IMG/VR virus record: IMGVR_UViG_3300012953_000172
Coordinates: 1 to 27,522 of that record
Strand: one strand, 5' to 3'
DNA: 27,522 nt
DNA from: a virus
Taxonomy: Duplodnaviria > Caudoviricetes
Shown here: one piece after another, positions 10,067-19,484 of the stretch
Position numbering within the stretch: position 1 is the first letter of the stretch
Layout: every line of letters begins with the position of its first letter
The notes under the pieces: generated by a model
Database searches by the model: none
What the model was told of the DNA's origin: nothing
Seen by the model: only the letters and a program-made list of their open reading frames with translations
Translations under genes and position numbers: made by a program

Positions 10067-13000
10067 GTGTCTACATATAATGATAGAGTTTTTAATCTTG
10101 TAAGAACTTACAGATATAATCCTACTTTATTTTCTGAAGAGCAAGTAGATCAATTACAAGAATTAGCAAATCAAAACGATATTCCATTTAAAAGAAAAGT
10201 AGATAACTTTAATCTTCGTAAGACTGTTATGAACTTACAAACAGGATTCTTAGAAGGTTTTACTACTATTCCTGTAGGTAAATTAAGTGGACATGAACCT
10301 ACTACTACATACGAAGCAATAGCACATTCATTAGGGCATTTAGCAGGCTTTGCTCCTGGTATAATGGCAGCTCCTTTAAAAGCTGTTGGTGCTAAAACGT
10401 TAAGTAAACTTGCATCTGAAAAAAACAACTGGTCAATACCAATGATGTTTGGAGATGCTGCTAAATCAGGAATGGAATCTGGTTTAAAGAAAAAGCTATT
10501 TGGTAAAGCAAACTTAGAGTCTTTAGACTTTATGAAAAAGGGAGCATCTACTAGAGCTATTATAGACCAAGCAGTACATCTTGGTGCAGCAAGTGCTGTA
10601 TCATCTATTTGGAAAGGTCCTGATGAAATTATGAATGCAGGATTTCAAGGTGCTATAGCAGGTGGTGCATTTGGAGGATTAGGTGAATTTAAAATGATAG
10701 GTAACTATCTTAAATCTAAAGATCCTTTAAACTATAGAAAAGGTGAACAAAGATTAAAGGGTGTTATAGGTGCTAGTATGCTTGGTGTACCAACTGCATT
10801 ACAAGGTGAACCTATTGAAATGATTATGTATCAAACACTACTAGGTGGTTACTTTGGTTATGGATCTAGACCTTCATTTGAAAAAGAGGGTGGTCAATTT
10901 TTACAAAACTTAAGATATAATAATAATAGAGATTTTGTTTTTACTCCTGAAATGCATCCTGATATTTATTCTTATTCTTCTAAAGCTAGAGACTATATAT
11001 ATAAAGAATCTACTAGAGAAGCAAAAGAATACTACAATAGAAATAGAGAAAGAATTTCTGGTGATACAAAAGACGATATAAGAATTGAAATAGAAAATTT
11101 TGTAAGACAATCAAAGGGTTTAGGACCGAATGAAAAACCTTCTAAATCTGATATAGATGCTGAGTATAGAAACAAAGCTTATAATCTTTACAACACTTAC
11201 TATAAAGGAGAAGGTCATAAATACTATATACATTCAGATGTTAAAAATATTCTTAATACTTTTGATCATAAGATGGATAGCATGGATGATGTCAATATTA
11301 ATGTAAAAGTAGATAAAAATCCTAAGCCAGGTAGCTCTCAAGAAAGATTATTAAATACTAAGAATAGAGAAAAAGAAAAGAATATATTTGCTGTTGAAGA
11401 ATACTACGATCTTAATGGTAAAAAACAAAGTAGAGTTATGGGTCCATTCTCTCCAGAACAACTAGGTGTTAAAGGAGATGTGCATGGTAAAAGAGTAGGT
11501 GAAAGTAGAGCAGATAGACCAGCAGATAAATTAGAAAACACTGAGTATATATTATGGGATACTGTTTTTATTAATGAAGCTAGCTTTGGTCAAAAACCAA
11601 GATTTGAAAAGTACAAACCTTTAGACTTTACATTTGAAAAAAAGGGTGACAATGCTGAAAAAATATTTTCATGGAAAAAAGTATTTGAAACAGATATGAG
11701 ATTAGATGAAAAAGGTTTTTATATATTTGGTGGAGTAAAAGATAAGTCTACATTTACATTAAGACCTTATCATACTGACTATAGAAAATATAATAAAGAA
11801 GAATTGTTTACTGCTTTAGCTAAAGAAAACAATGCTACTCCTAAAGATATTGCAGATAGATTTGAAACAAGCAGAAGAGAGTTTCTTAAAATATACAATC
11901 ATCATAAAGATATAGAATTATTAAATCGTATGCATGAAGACGCATGGAAGTCAAATGTATTAGCAGAAGCTGATAGAAATGGTATTTATAATAATGAATT
12001 AACTAATCTATATTTACTAGAAAGACCTGGATTTTCTAAAAATGTAATTGAGTGGAATAAAAGAGAGCAGATATATCACGATAAATCTATGCCTTTAAAA
12101 GATGGAACTTTAAAAGAAGGTAACTTTGCTATTTTTAAAGATGTAGTTAATGAGTATTACAAGAATGAAAAAGGAGAAGATGTTCCTTTTGATAGTGATA
12201 CAGATGGTACTATATATTTTAAACCAAAAGATTTAAGTAAGATGATGGATAGTCTTGGCTTACCTAAAAATGTAGATATGAATAAACCTGTTTTAATTGT
12301 TAAAACTCCTAGAGGTACTATGATTGTTAAAGCAGCAGGTAAAGCTGCTCCTAAAGACTTAGTAAACTATATGGAGAAGAATAATATTAAAGCTCTTATT
12401 ATGGAATCAGCTGCTAAACATAGAGGATTAAATGAAGTTAATACATTTGATAGAGCAGCATTAGAAAAAGGAGAGTGGAATCATACTGGTGAATTATTTA
12501 CTGGTGAGTTTAAAGATTCCGATATTAGAATTAATCTAGGAACATTTGTAGATCCTAAAAAGTTTGGTGGTAATAATAAATCAAGAATTGTAAGACAGCT
12601 ATTAAGCAATCTTAATAATAAAGATGCAGGTGGAGTTATGTCTATTGTTTGGGATAGAGTATTTGAACCTAGTATTAATGGTAATGAAAAGTTAAATACA
12701 GCTATTAAAACACACTTAAAAAATAAGACTGACATAAAAGAAATAGAGTCTTTTTTAAAAAAGAATAAACTTACAGTTGATGAAGTTGGTTTAGATGTTA
12801 TACATGATATTTTTGTAAACCATGGTAATAGTAAATTAGCACAGAAGTTTGCAAGAGAAATAGCACGTCAAGATAAAAAAGGTGAGCTAGAAGATGTAGA
12901 TACATTTACAGCAGAAGAATATAAACAATATGTTTATAGAAACAATAGAATACTAGACGCATCTGATTTTTCTCAATCACAAAGAGAAGCAGGTCGTAAC

Positions 13001-16000
13001 TCTCGACAGTTTTGGGAAAGTGTATATAAAAAATACTTTTTAAATAGACTGTATAGTCCTAAGTATAATTATTCTGCTAAAGCATGGCTATCTCCTAAAG
13101 ATCCTGTGTCTTTACTTAATGCATCTAAAAATATAAAAGAAGGATATTTTAAATTAGATGACGGTCATAGAAATATGAAAGTAAAATACAAAGGTGATGA
13201 CATGACTCTTGAGGAAGCTTGGAGAAAATCTGGTAGGAATAGTGAAGATCCAGATCTTGAAATGCTTGTTATTCGTGTTCCTTCTGATAGTATGTCTGGA
13301 ACACGTTCTCTTAAGTTTGGTGGTTTTACTCGTGATAAAGGATATTCAATTACTACTAATGCAAAGGATAATGCGTACCTAGGAGGTGCAGATAAAGATA
13401 GTGACTCTGCATTTATATACCAAGGTATGCCACGAGAGCTTCATAAAGCTACTAAAAAGGCTGCAAAACAATGGGAGAGGGGTGACGTATTACTTGACTC
13501 TAAAAGAGCTAAAAACGACAAGTTATTTGGTGCAGAAGAATCTGCTGCTGAAATGTATAAAACTACTACAAGTAAGTTTTCTCCATCTTTAAGAAGAAAA
13601 GTTGCAGAAACAGCTGCAAAAGGTAATCAAGGATTAGGTTTAGGTGTTATTGCTAAAAGTAATTTAACTGCAATAGCTGATTACATAGAAGCTAATGGTG
13701 GAAGATTAACAAACGTACCTGTATATAATAAAAATGGTAAGCAATACGCTACTATAGAATACATAGAATTAAAACCTGGTGGTTACGATAGATTAATTGA
13801 ATTAGGCAGAGAGATTGTAAATAGATCTGCTGACTCATCTAACTATCCTACTATGGTTGACTACACAAAGTTCCCAGATATTTTAGTTAAAGAAGCATTT
13901 AATGGTAAAGTTAGAGTACAGAAGAAAGATGGTGGATCTTTTTTAACTGAATTAAAGTTTTTAAATATAAGAGGCAGTAAGCTAGGTGATATAACAAAAG
14001 TAATTAGAGATATTGATCCTGGAAAAGGTAGTAATAAAGTTACTTGGACACAATTACAAAATACTATAAAGAATTCTGATGTAAAAGGATTTGATAATTT
14101 TGGTAGTTTTGTTGCTAGAAAAATGAAAGATATGAAAATTACAGACTCTATTTTTGAGCAAAACTTATTTACAAATCACACTAAGTTAGTTGATAACATA
14201 GGCAAGTATTTAGAAACAAGACAAGATATTCCTGATTCTATTATAAAGCAAATAAATCAGTTAGCTTCATTTAAATCTAACACTGGTAACATACTTAAAC
14301 AGTTAGAAAAAGGTAGAAACTATGAAGATGTAAGATACATGCTTGAAAGAGATTTAGAAGCAGTAGCTGGCTATGTAGCTGTAACTCAAAAAGGTTACGA
14401 TGTTTATAGCGAAATAAATAAACTGCCTTTAAGTAAAGCACAAAAAGCTAAAATAGTTGATAGAGTTTTAAAGCCTATAGCAGAAGAAGCATCTAGAATT
14501 AAAAGAGCATCTTATAATAATAATCCTAATAGATTTGATAGAAAAGAATTAACACATTCTAGCAGTGAATTATTTGATAGAGAAGTAGTTAATTACAAAA
14601 ACGGTAGACTTCAGTTGCATCAAGCTAAAATAAATAATTGGCTTAAAGCTAATGGTCATGAAGTTCGTTTATCAAAAACATTATTAAATGAATATTTTGA
14701 TTTATGGTTATTGAGTCCTTACTATACTCAATCTGTTAATACACAATACTCTAAATTCCCTTGGCAATCTAAAAGTATTAGTCAAGAATCTATCGAGTAT
14801 TATACTAAGACACAAGATCGTATTTATAATAAAATGAATGATTTTAAAGAAGGTGATTCAATTTCTAAAGGTATATTTGAATTTAAATCAGAAGCTCCTA
14901 CTCCTAAACAACTTGTAGAACAAAAAGTAGTTGAGAAATTTGTACCTATAGATCAAGCTGAATATTTAAGAACAAGAGCTATTACTGAACCTGAATTAAA
15001 ACTAGTAGAAGAGTTTATTAACAGAGTAAATAGCAATGAAATTATAAGAGATAATTTGGAAGATTTTTATATTAATTGGCAGATACAAAACAAAGGTGGT
15101 ATTGATTCTAAAGATTTGTCTTTGATAGATATAAAAGATATAAATGCAATTAATAATTATTTAAAAGATATGGATGTTAGGTTTACTTCTAAAGGAACTA
15201 AGCTTCCTGACTTTGCATTTAGAGCATCTCCAGAATATATGGATCTATACATGCAGAACTTTGAAAACAAATTCTTTTCAGAAATGGAAATGCCTATTAG
15301 AAGTAAAGAAGGCACAGTAAAACGTAAAGTTAAAAGGTTTACAAGTACTATGGGAGATTTAAAAGACTTTATGCATAAAAGCAACAGTCAAATGGAATCT
15401 ATTTTACAACAAGTTATTCCTAATAATACTAAGAGATACCCTCATTTAAATCTTGGTGAAAAGAATGCTGAATCTATTAATAAAATAGTTATTAAACTTA
15501 GAGAAAGTAGAGATTCTACAACAGGAATTAAACCAGATGATTATAAGTTAACATCAGATTATAAGCGTTTATCTAAAGAAAAGTTTAATATTAAAGGTAA
15601 AGAAAAAACACTAGACGAAGTTATTGAAATGACTGACAAATTAATGACAGAAGATTTTAAACAATTCGGTCAAAAGTATATTTATGGTAGTGCTAAAGAT
15701 AGAGCTAAGTATATTAAGTTTAATGCAGATGGTAGTTTAAATATTAAGAATATTGAAAAAACTATTATAGAGCCTATGGTAAATCGTCAGAATATGAGAA
15801 TACCTTTAGATATATTAAGAGAAATTAATTACAGAATGAGAAATCCTAAAGATGTGCAGCTTAAAAAATTTAGTAGAATCGGAGAGCGTGATGTTGAATC
15901 TTACTTCCCTCATTTAAATTTTGGAAGAAATAAAAAATCACAAAAAGAAATTGCTGCTTTTAAAGAACAACATCTTAAGGATTTTTATGATTCTAAAATC

Positions 16001-17878
16001 AGAGAAGGTAAAACTAAAAAACAAGCGGAAGATCTTACTAAAATAGAAGGATTTGGTATTGATACTAGAGTATTTCAAAGCCAACAGGATGATAAAGGTT
16101 TATCTTCTTTAAATATATTTAGTTCTGCTAAAAAGCGTTCTGCTAAAAATATGCCTGGCTGGGACAATACTCACAATGCTATTCATTTATACAAAGAGGG
16201 TTTTATTAGAGGAATGTATAGAAATATGTTTAAGATACAGTCTGATATAAGAATACAACAATTTGAAAAAGAATTAGCTTTTGGTAATAGAACAAAAGAC
16301 TGGTCTTTATATTTAAGAGAGTATGCAAATAACTCTTTAGGTTTTGCTAGTACTTTTGAAAAAGATGTTTTGGAAAACTTTGTTAAGGCAGATCCTAAGT
16401 TTAAACGCAGAGGATATTACCTTACAAGTGATCAAAAGATTATAGATATATATGATTCTGTAGAAAAAAGATTTAAAAAGATTGGACGTGAAGTACCTTT
16501 TAGTAAAAATATAGTACCTAGACCAAATCCTAAATTAAAGAAAACTAACCCTGATTTATATAAAGCACAGAAAGAAGCTCATATACAATCGCTTACTAGA
16601 ACTATACATAAATGGGGTAGAATGGAAGCTAAATACAATCTTCTTACTTTATTAGGACATAGTAAGATTATGGCAGGTAACTTATTCGGTGGTACACAAA
16701 TGACTATTAGTAGAGGTGGAATGAAAAATTTTAGAAGAGCTAATGATAAAAAATGGTTAACAAAAAACATCATTAAAGATGTTAATGGTGACTATCAATT
16801 AAAATTATCAGATGGTAGTTTTGTTAAAAATACAAAAGACTTAAAGAAATATTTATCTGAAAAAGGTGTAATAGAATCTTTTATAGCTACTGAATTAGAT
16901 GTTAATGCAGATTTTGCTAATTTAAAAGGTGCTCCTTTAAAAAATATGAAAGACTTTGTAAATGAAGTAAATAAAAAACTAAGACAAGATCCAGATTTAT
17001 CAGATAAAACTATATACGAGATTGCTAAAAAATATAAAGTAGAAAAAAAAGTAGAAGGCGCAGCTGCATGGTTTATGCAAAGATCAGAACGTAAACTTAG
17101 ACAAGATTCTTTTTTAACACATGCTATTGAATATAAAGAACACTGGGGTAAATATGGATTAGAGCTTTCTTTGAATGATCCAGCTGTTGTAGAAGCAGGT
17201 TTTAGAGGAGTGGAAGCAACTCAATTTATTTATCATAGTTCAGCTAGACCATCTTTTATGAGAACTGCTTTGGGAAAAGTGTTCTCTCGTTTTAAATTAT
17301 TTGTGTTTAATTCAGTAAGAGTTCGTAAAGAGATGCTAAGAAAAGCTAAATATTACGACTTTGAACCAGGTACTAAAGAATTTGAAAAGTTTAAAACAGA
17401 TTTTGCAATCAACATGTTTGTTATGGCACTTGGTACTGCTTTTGCATATAGCTTATTTGACACAACATTACCACCTCCTTACGATTGGATGCAGGAAACT
17501 GGAGAGTGGTTATTTGGTAACAAAAAAGAAAGAGACCAAGCATTCTTTGGGCAATGGCCTTACCCTGTAGCACCATTGAATATTGCAACTCCTCCTGTGG
17601 CAAGGATTCCTATGGCTGCATTTTCTAGTCTTATTAATAAAGACTGGGAAAGATTTGCAGATTATCACTTGTACACAATGTTTCCTTTTGGTCGTTTAAT
17701 CAGATCTGTAGATAAAACGATTGACGAACCCTACGGAACGATTGAAGGGAGAGCACTGCAACAGTTTTTAGGTTTACCTTTGGATAAAGTAAGAAATAGA
17801 ATTGATCGAGCTAAAGTATTAGAAGCTCGTCAAAATAAAATAAATAGTGAACTAAATGAAATGGAGAACATAATATGA
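10067..17878 (+). CDS. giant virion protein, candidate single-subunit two-barrel (DPBB) DNA-dependent RNA polymerase
   Basis: 2603 aa, GTG start after AAGGAG. Ordered motifs D713-G (SDTDG), K755 (IVKAAG), K784 (ESAAK), R1070-x-P (VIRVP) and D1109-x-D-x-D1113 (YLGGADKDSD). Located in the ejection-protein cluster. Confidence 0.8.
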   Translation: MSTYNDRVFNLVRTYRYNPTLFSEEQVDQLQELANQNDIPFKRKVDNFNLRKTVMNLQTGFLEGFTTIPVGKLSGHEPTTTYEAIAHSLGHLAGFAPGIMAAPLKAVGAKTLSKLASEKNNWSIPMMFGDAAKSGMESGLKKKLFGKANLESLDFMKKGASTRAIIDQAVHLGAASAVSSIWKGPDEIMNAGFQGAIAGGAFGGLGEFKMIGNYLKSKDPLNYRKGEQRLKGVIGASMLGVPTALQGEPIEMIMYQTLLGGYFGYGSRPSFEKEGGQFLQNLRYNNNRDFVFTPEMHPDIYSYSSKARDYIYKESTREAKEYYNRNRERISGDTKDDIRIEIENFVRQSKGLGPNEKPSKSDIDAEYRNKAYNLYNTYYKGEGHKYYIHSDVKNILNTFDHKMDSMDDVNINVKVDKNPKPGSSQERLLNTKNREKEKNIFAVEEYYDLNGKKQSRVMGPFSPEQLGVKGDVHGKRVGESRADRPADKLENTEYILWDTVFINEASFGQKPRFEKYKPLDFTFEKKGDNAEKIFSWKKVFETDMRLDEKGFYIFGGVKDKSTFTLRPYHTDYRKYNKEELFTALAKENNATPKDIADRFETSRREFLKIYNHHKDIELLNRMHEDAWKSNVLAEADRNGIYNNELTNLYLLERPGFSKNVIEWNKREQIYHDKSMPLKDGTLKEGNFAIFKDVVNEYYKNEKGEDVPFDSDTDGTIYFKPKDLSKMMDSLGLPKNVDMNKPVLIVKTPRGTMIVKAAGKAAPKDLVNYMEKNNIKALIMESAAKHRGLNEVNTFDRAALEKGEWNHTGELFTGEFKDSDIRINLGTFVDPKKFGGNNKSRIVRQLLSNLNNKDAGGVMSIVWDRVFEPSINGNEKLNTAIKTHLKNKTDIKEIESFLKKNKLTVDEVGLDVIHDIFVNHGNSKLAQKFAREIARQDKKGELEDVDTFTAEEYKQYVYRNNRILDASDFSQSQREAGRNSRQFWESVYKKYFLNRLYSPKYNYSAKAWLSPKDPVSLLNASKNIKEGYFKLDDGHRNMKVKYKGDDMTLEEAWRKSGRNSEDPDLEMLVIRVPSDSMSGTRSLKFGGFTRDKGYSITTNAKDNAYLGGADKDSDSAFIYQGMPRELHKATKKAAKQWERGDVLLDSKRAKNDKLFGAEESAAEMYKTTTSKFSPSLRRKVAETAAKGNQGLGLGVIAKSNLTAIADYIEANGGRLTNVPVYNKNGKQYATIEYIELKPGGYDRLIELGREIVNRSADSSNYPTMVDYTKFPDILVKEAFNGKVRVQKKDGGSFLTELKFLNIRGSKLGDITKVIRDIDPGKGSNKVTWTQLQNTIKNSDVKGFDNFGSFVARKMKDMKITDSIFEQNLFTNHTKLVDNIGKYLETRQDIPDSIIKQINQLASFKSNTGNILKQLEKGRNYEDVRYMLERDLEAVAGYVAVTQKGYDVYSEINKLPLSKAQKAKIVDRVLKPIAEEASRIKRASYNNNPNRFDRKELTHSSSELFDREVVNYKNGRLQLHQAKINNWLKANGHEVRLSKTLLNEYFDLWLLSPYYTQSVNTQYSKFPWQSKSISQESIEYYTKTQDRIYNKMNDFKEGDSISKGIFEFKSEAPTPKQLVEQKVVEKFVPIDQAEYLRTRAITEPELKLVEEFINRVNSNEIIRDNLEDFYINWQIQNKGGIDSKDLSLIDIKDINAINNYLKDMDVRFTSKGTKLPDFAFRASPEYMDLYMQNFENKFFSEMEMPIRSKEGTVKRKVKRFTSTMGDLKDFMHKSNSQMESILQQVIPNNTKRYPHLNLGEKNAESINKIVIKLRESRDSTTGIKPDDYKLTSDYKRLSKEKFNIKGKEKTLDEVIEMTDKLMTEDFKQFGQKYIYGSAKDRAKYIKFNADGSLNIKNIEKTIIEPMVNRQNMRIPLDILREINYRMRNPKDVQLKKFSRIGERDVESYFPHLNFGRNKKSQKEIAAFKEQHLKDFYDSKIREGKTKKQAEDLTKIEGFGIDTRVFQSQQDDKGLSSLNIFSSAKKRSAKNMPGWDNTHNAIHLYKEGFIRGMYRNMFKIQSDIRIQQFEKELAFGNRTKDWSLYLREYANNSLGFASTFEKDVLENFVKADPKFKRRGYYLTSDQKIIDIYDSVEKRFKKIGREVPFSKNIVPRPNPKLKKTNPDLYKAQKEAHIQSLTRTIHKWGRMEAKYNLLTLLGHSKIMAGNLFGGTQMTISRGGMKNFRRANDKKWLTKNIIKDVNGDYQLKLSDGSFVKNTKDLKKYLSEKGVIESFIATELDVNADFANLKGAPLKNMKDFVNEVNKKLRQDPDLSDKTIYEIAKKYKVEKKVEGAAAWFMQRSERKLRQDSFLTHAIEYKEHWGKYGLELSLNDPAVVEAGFRGVEATQFIYHSSARPSFMRTALGKVFSRFKLFVFNSVRVRKEMLRKAKYYDFEPGTKEFEKFKTDFAINMFVMALGTAFAYSLFDTTLPPPYDWMQETGEWLFGNKKERDQAFFGQWPYPVAPLNIATPPVARIPMAAFSSLINKDWERFADYHLYTMFPFGRLIRSVDKTIDEPYGTIEGRALQQFLGLPLDKVRNRIDRAKVLEARQNKINSELNEMENII

Positions 17879-18492
17879 TAGAAACAATAATAGATATACT
17901 GCCTTATATTGGACTAGCAGGATATACAATGGGAAAGGGTAATCAATTTTGGACTCCTGGAGCATTTGAATCTAACTTTTCTAATGAAGAAGATATAGGA
18001 ACTGATATAACAGTTAGAAATCCTTATAGTGGTAATCAAAATGATATTGATACAGGTAACATTGATTTTAATGATAAAAACCAAGTAATGAACATACAAA
18101 AAGCATTAGGAGTTACTGTTGACGGTATGTTTGGACCTCAAACAGAAGAAGCTTACAGAAGTTATATTAACAATAAAAGAATAAATCAAGGTAAAGATGC
18201 TTACGGTTATGGATCTGAAGCTCCAATGAATGTTAATGAGGAGAATAAAAATGTTTCTAACAATTATAACTACACTAAAAATTCATATAGTATGGATAAC
18301 CCAAATGACATAATTGGAGAAAGTACTTATAATGATTTTGCAGCTAATGAAAACAATATGGTTTCTGATGCAGACATTAGTCCTGGTGAAATAAGAGCTA
18401 GAGATAGAGCACTTGATGGTAAATATGTTTTTAACAGAAATTATAGAGAAGAATATCAGCCAGGTAGAAGGCTGTTTGACTTTTTAAAATAG
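17875..18492 (+). CDS. peptidoglycan-binding (PG_binding_1-like) domain protein
   Basis: QVMNIQKALGVTVDGMFGPQTEEAYRSY matches the Q..LG...DG.FG..T..A pattern. ATGA overlap with the preceding gene. Confidence 0.75.
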   Translation: MIETIIDILPYIGLAGYTMGKGNQFWTPGAFESNFSNEEDIGTDITVRNPYSGNQNDIDTGNIDFNDKNQVMNIQKALGVTVDGMFGPQTEEAYRSYINNKRINQGKDAYGYGSEAPMNVNEENKNVSNNYNYTKNSYSMDNPNDIIGESTYNDFAANENNMVSDADISPGEIRARDRALDGKYVFNRNYREEYQPGRRLFDFLK

Positions 18493-18500
18493 GAGATAAT

Positions 18501-18983
18501 ATGGACGGATTTGGATTTGGTATAGAAGATAAATCACCTGCACAGAGACAAAATGAAATTATGGTTAAAGACCATATTAATGTTTGGAATAGACTTGTTG
18601 AAAACAAAAGTCCTATAGGTGTACAGCAAGATGATTTAAACTGGAAACCTAGATTTGAACAATTAATGGGAGATGATAGTTTTAGAAACTTCTTAAAATC
18701 AGATACTGTAAAAGATAAAATTACTATTTTAAGAGATTCTGGACTTGGTCCTAATAAAGAAATGTCAGATCAAGACATTGCACAATTTTTAATGACACAT
18801 GCACCTACAGGTTTAACAGAAGATCCTAGTATTTCTGAAGAAGCTAAAGAAGTTTCAAAAGGACGTACTTTTGGAAGTTATGCTAAACAAGCTGGTGCTG
18901 CTTTATTAGGTGGGGCTTTAGCAGGAGGAGTAGGAATGGGTTTAGGTGCGTATTTAACACATCCTAAAAAAAATAAAGAATAA
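18501..18983 (+). CDS. hypothetical protein with a C-terminal glycine-zipper membrane segment
   Basis: AGGAG RBS. AGAALLGGALAGGVGMGLGAYL followed by a basic tail. Confidence 0.75.
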   Translation: MDGFGFGIEDKSPAQRQNEIMVKDHINVWNRLVENKSPIGVQQDDLNWKPRFEQLMGDDSFRNFLKSDTVKDKITILRDSGLGPNKEMSDQDIAQFLMTHAPTGLTEDPSISEEAKEVSKGRTFGSYAKQAGAALLGGALAGGVGMGLGAYLTHPKKNKE

Positions 18984-19002
18984 TTAAAACTAATGGATTT
19001 AA

Positions 19003-19368
19003 ATGGAACAACAAGCTATAGAAAATTTAATTGGCGAGTATGGCTGGATGGCAGCTGTAGCTTTTGTATTCCTAATAGGACGTAATACTATTGAGTCTCT
19101 TATAGAGGCTATTAAAGTTTTTGCTGGAGATGATTTAAATACTGACGATGTTATAATTTTTGATGAAAGACCAGCAAGAGTAGTAAGAGTAGGATTTTGG
19201 AAAACAATACTTTTTGTATATGAAGTAGGATGCACAGATGGTAAACCATATATAAAAGGTGGAAATAAAGTGGCAATACAAAACGATAAACTAAAAGATC
19301 ATATGATAGAAAAACCATTACCAATGTTAGATTTAAAAAAGTGGGACGAATGTCGAGATAGAACATGA
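19003..19368 (+). CDS. membrane protein with an MscS-like TM plus beta-domain
   Basis: One TM helix, then DLNTDDVIIFDERPARVVRVGFWKT...KVAIQNDKL, resembling the MscS pattern GD.I.idg..G.V..Ig.r.T...v.ipN..l. Confidence 0.55.
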   Translation: MEQQAIENLIGEYGWMAAVAFVFLIGRNTIESLIEAIKVFAGDDLNTDDVIIFDERPARVVRVGFWKTILFVYEVGCTDGKPYIKGGNKVAIQNDKLKDHMIEKPLPMLDLKKWDECRDRT

Positions 19369-19484
19369 TATATCTGCTTGCTATAGTAGTAATTATATTT
19401 ATACTATTTTTAGCAGCTGTTATTTATGCCTTTACTTGGAATTTAAGTAATGTTGAAATGGAATTTAATGATGAGGAATTCTAA
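19365..19484 (+). CDS. 39-aa single-TM membrane protein (not in ORF track)
   Basis: MIYLLAIVVIIFILFLAAVIYAFTWNLSNVEMEFNDEEF. ATGA overlap upstream, and it abuts the next ATG. Confidence 0.6.
   Translation: MIYLLAIVVIIFILFLAAVIYAFTWNLSNVEMEFNDEEF

Noticed and set aside
2560-17603. Many 60-103 aa alternative-frame and antisense ORFs inside the large + strand genes
   Set aside because: Fully nested in long ORFs, with no RBS or motifs. Their composition is that expected of shadow frames in AT-rich coding DNA.
10067-17878. N4/T7-type single-subunit (right-hand) RNAP or tape measure protein
   Set aside because: I found no T7-family motif A/B/C pattern (DxxxSG, RxxxKxxxMxxxYG, HDS) and no tape-measure repeats. 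The motif order fits two-barrel enzymes instead.
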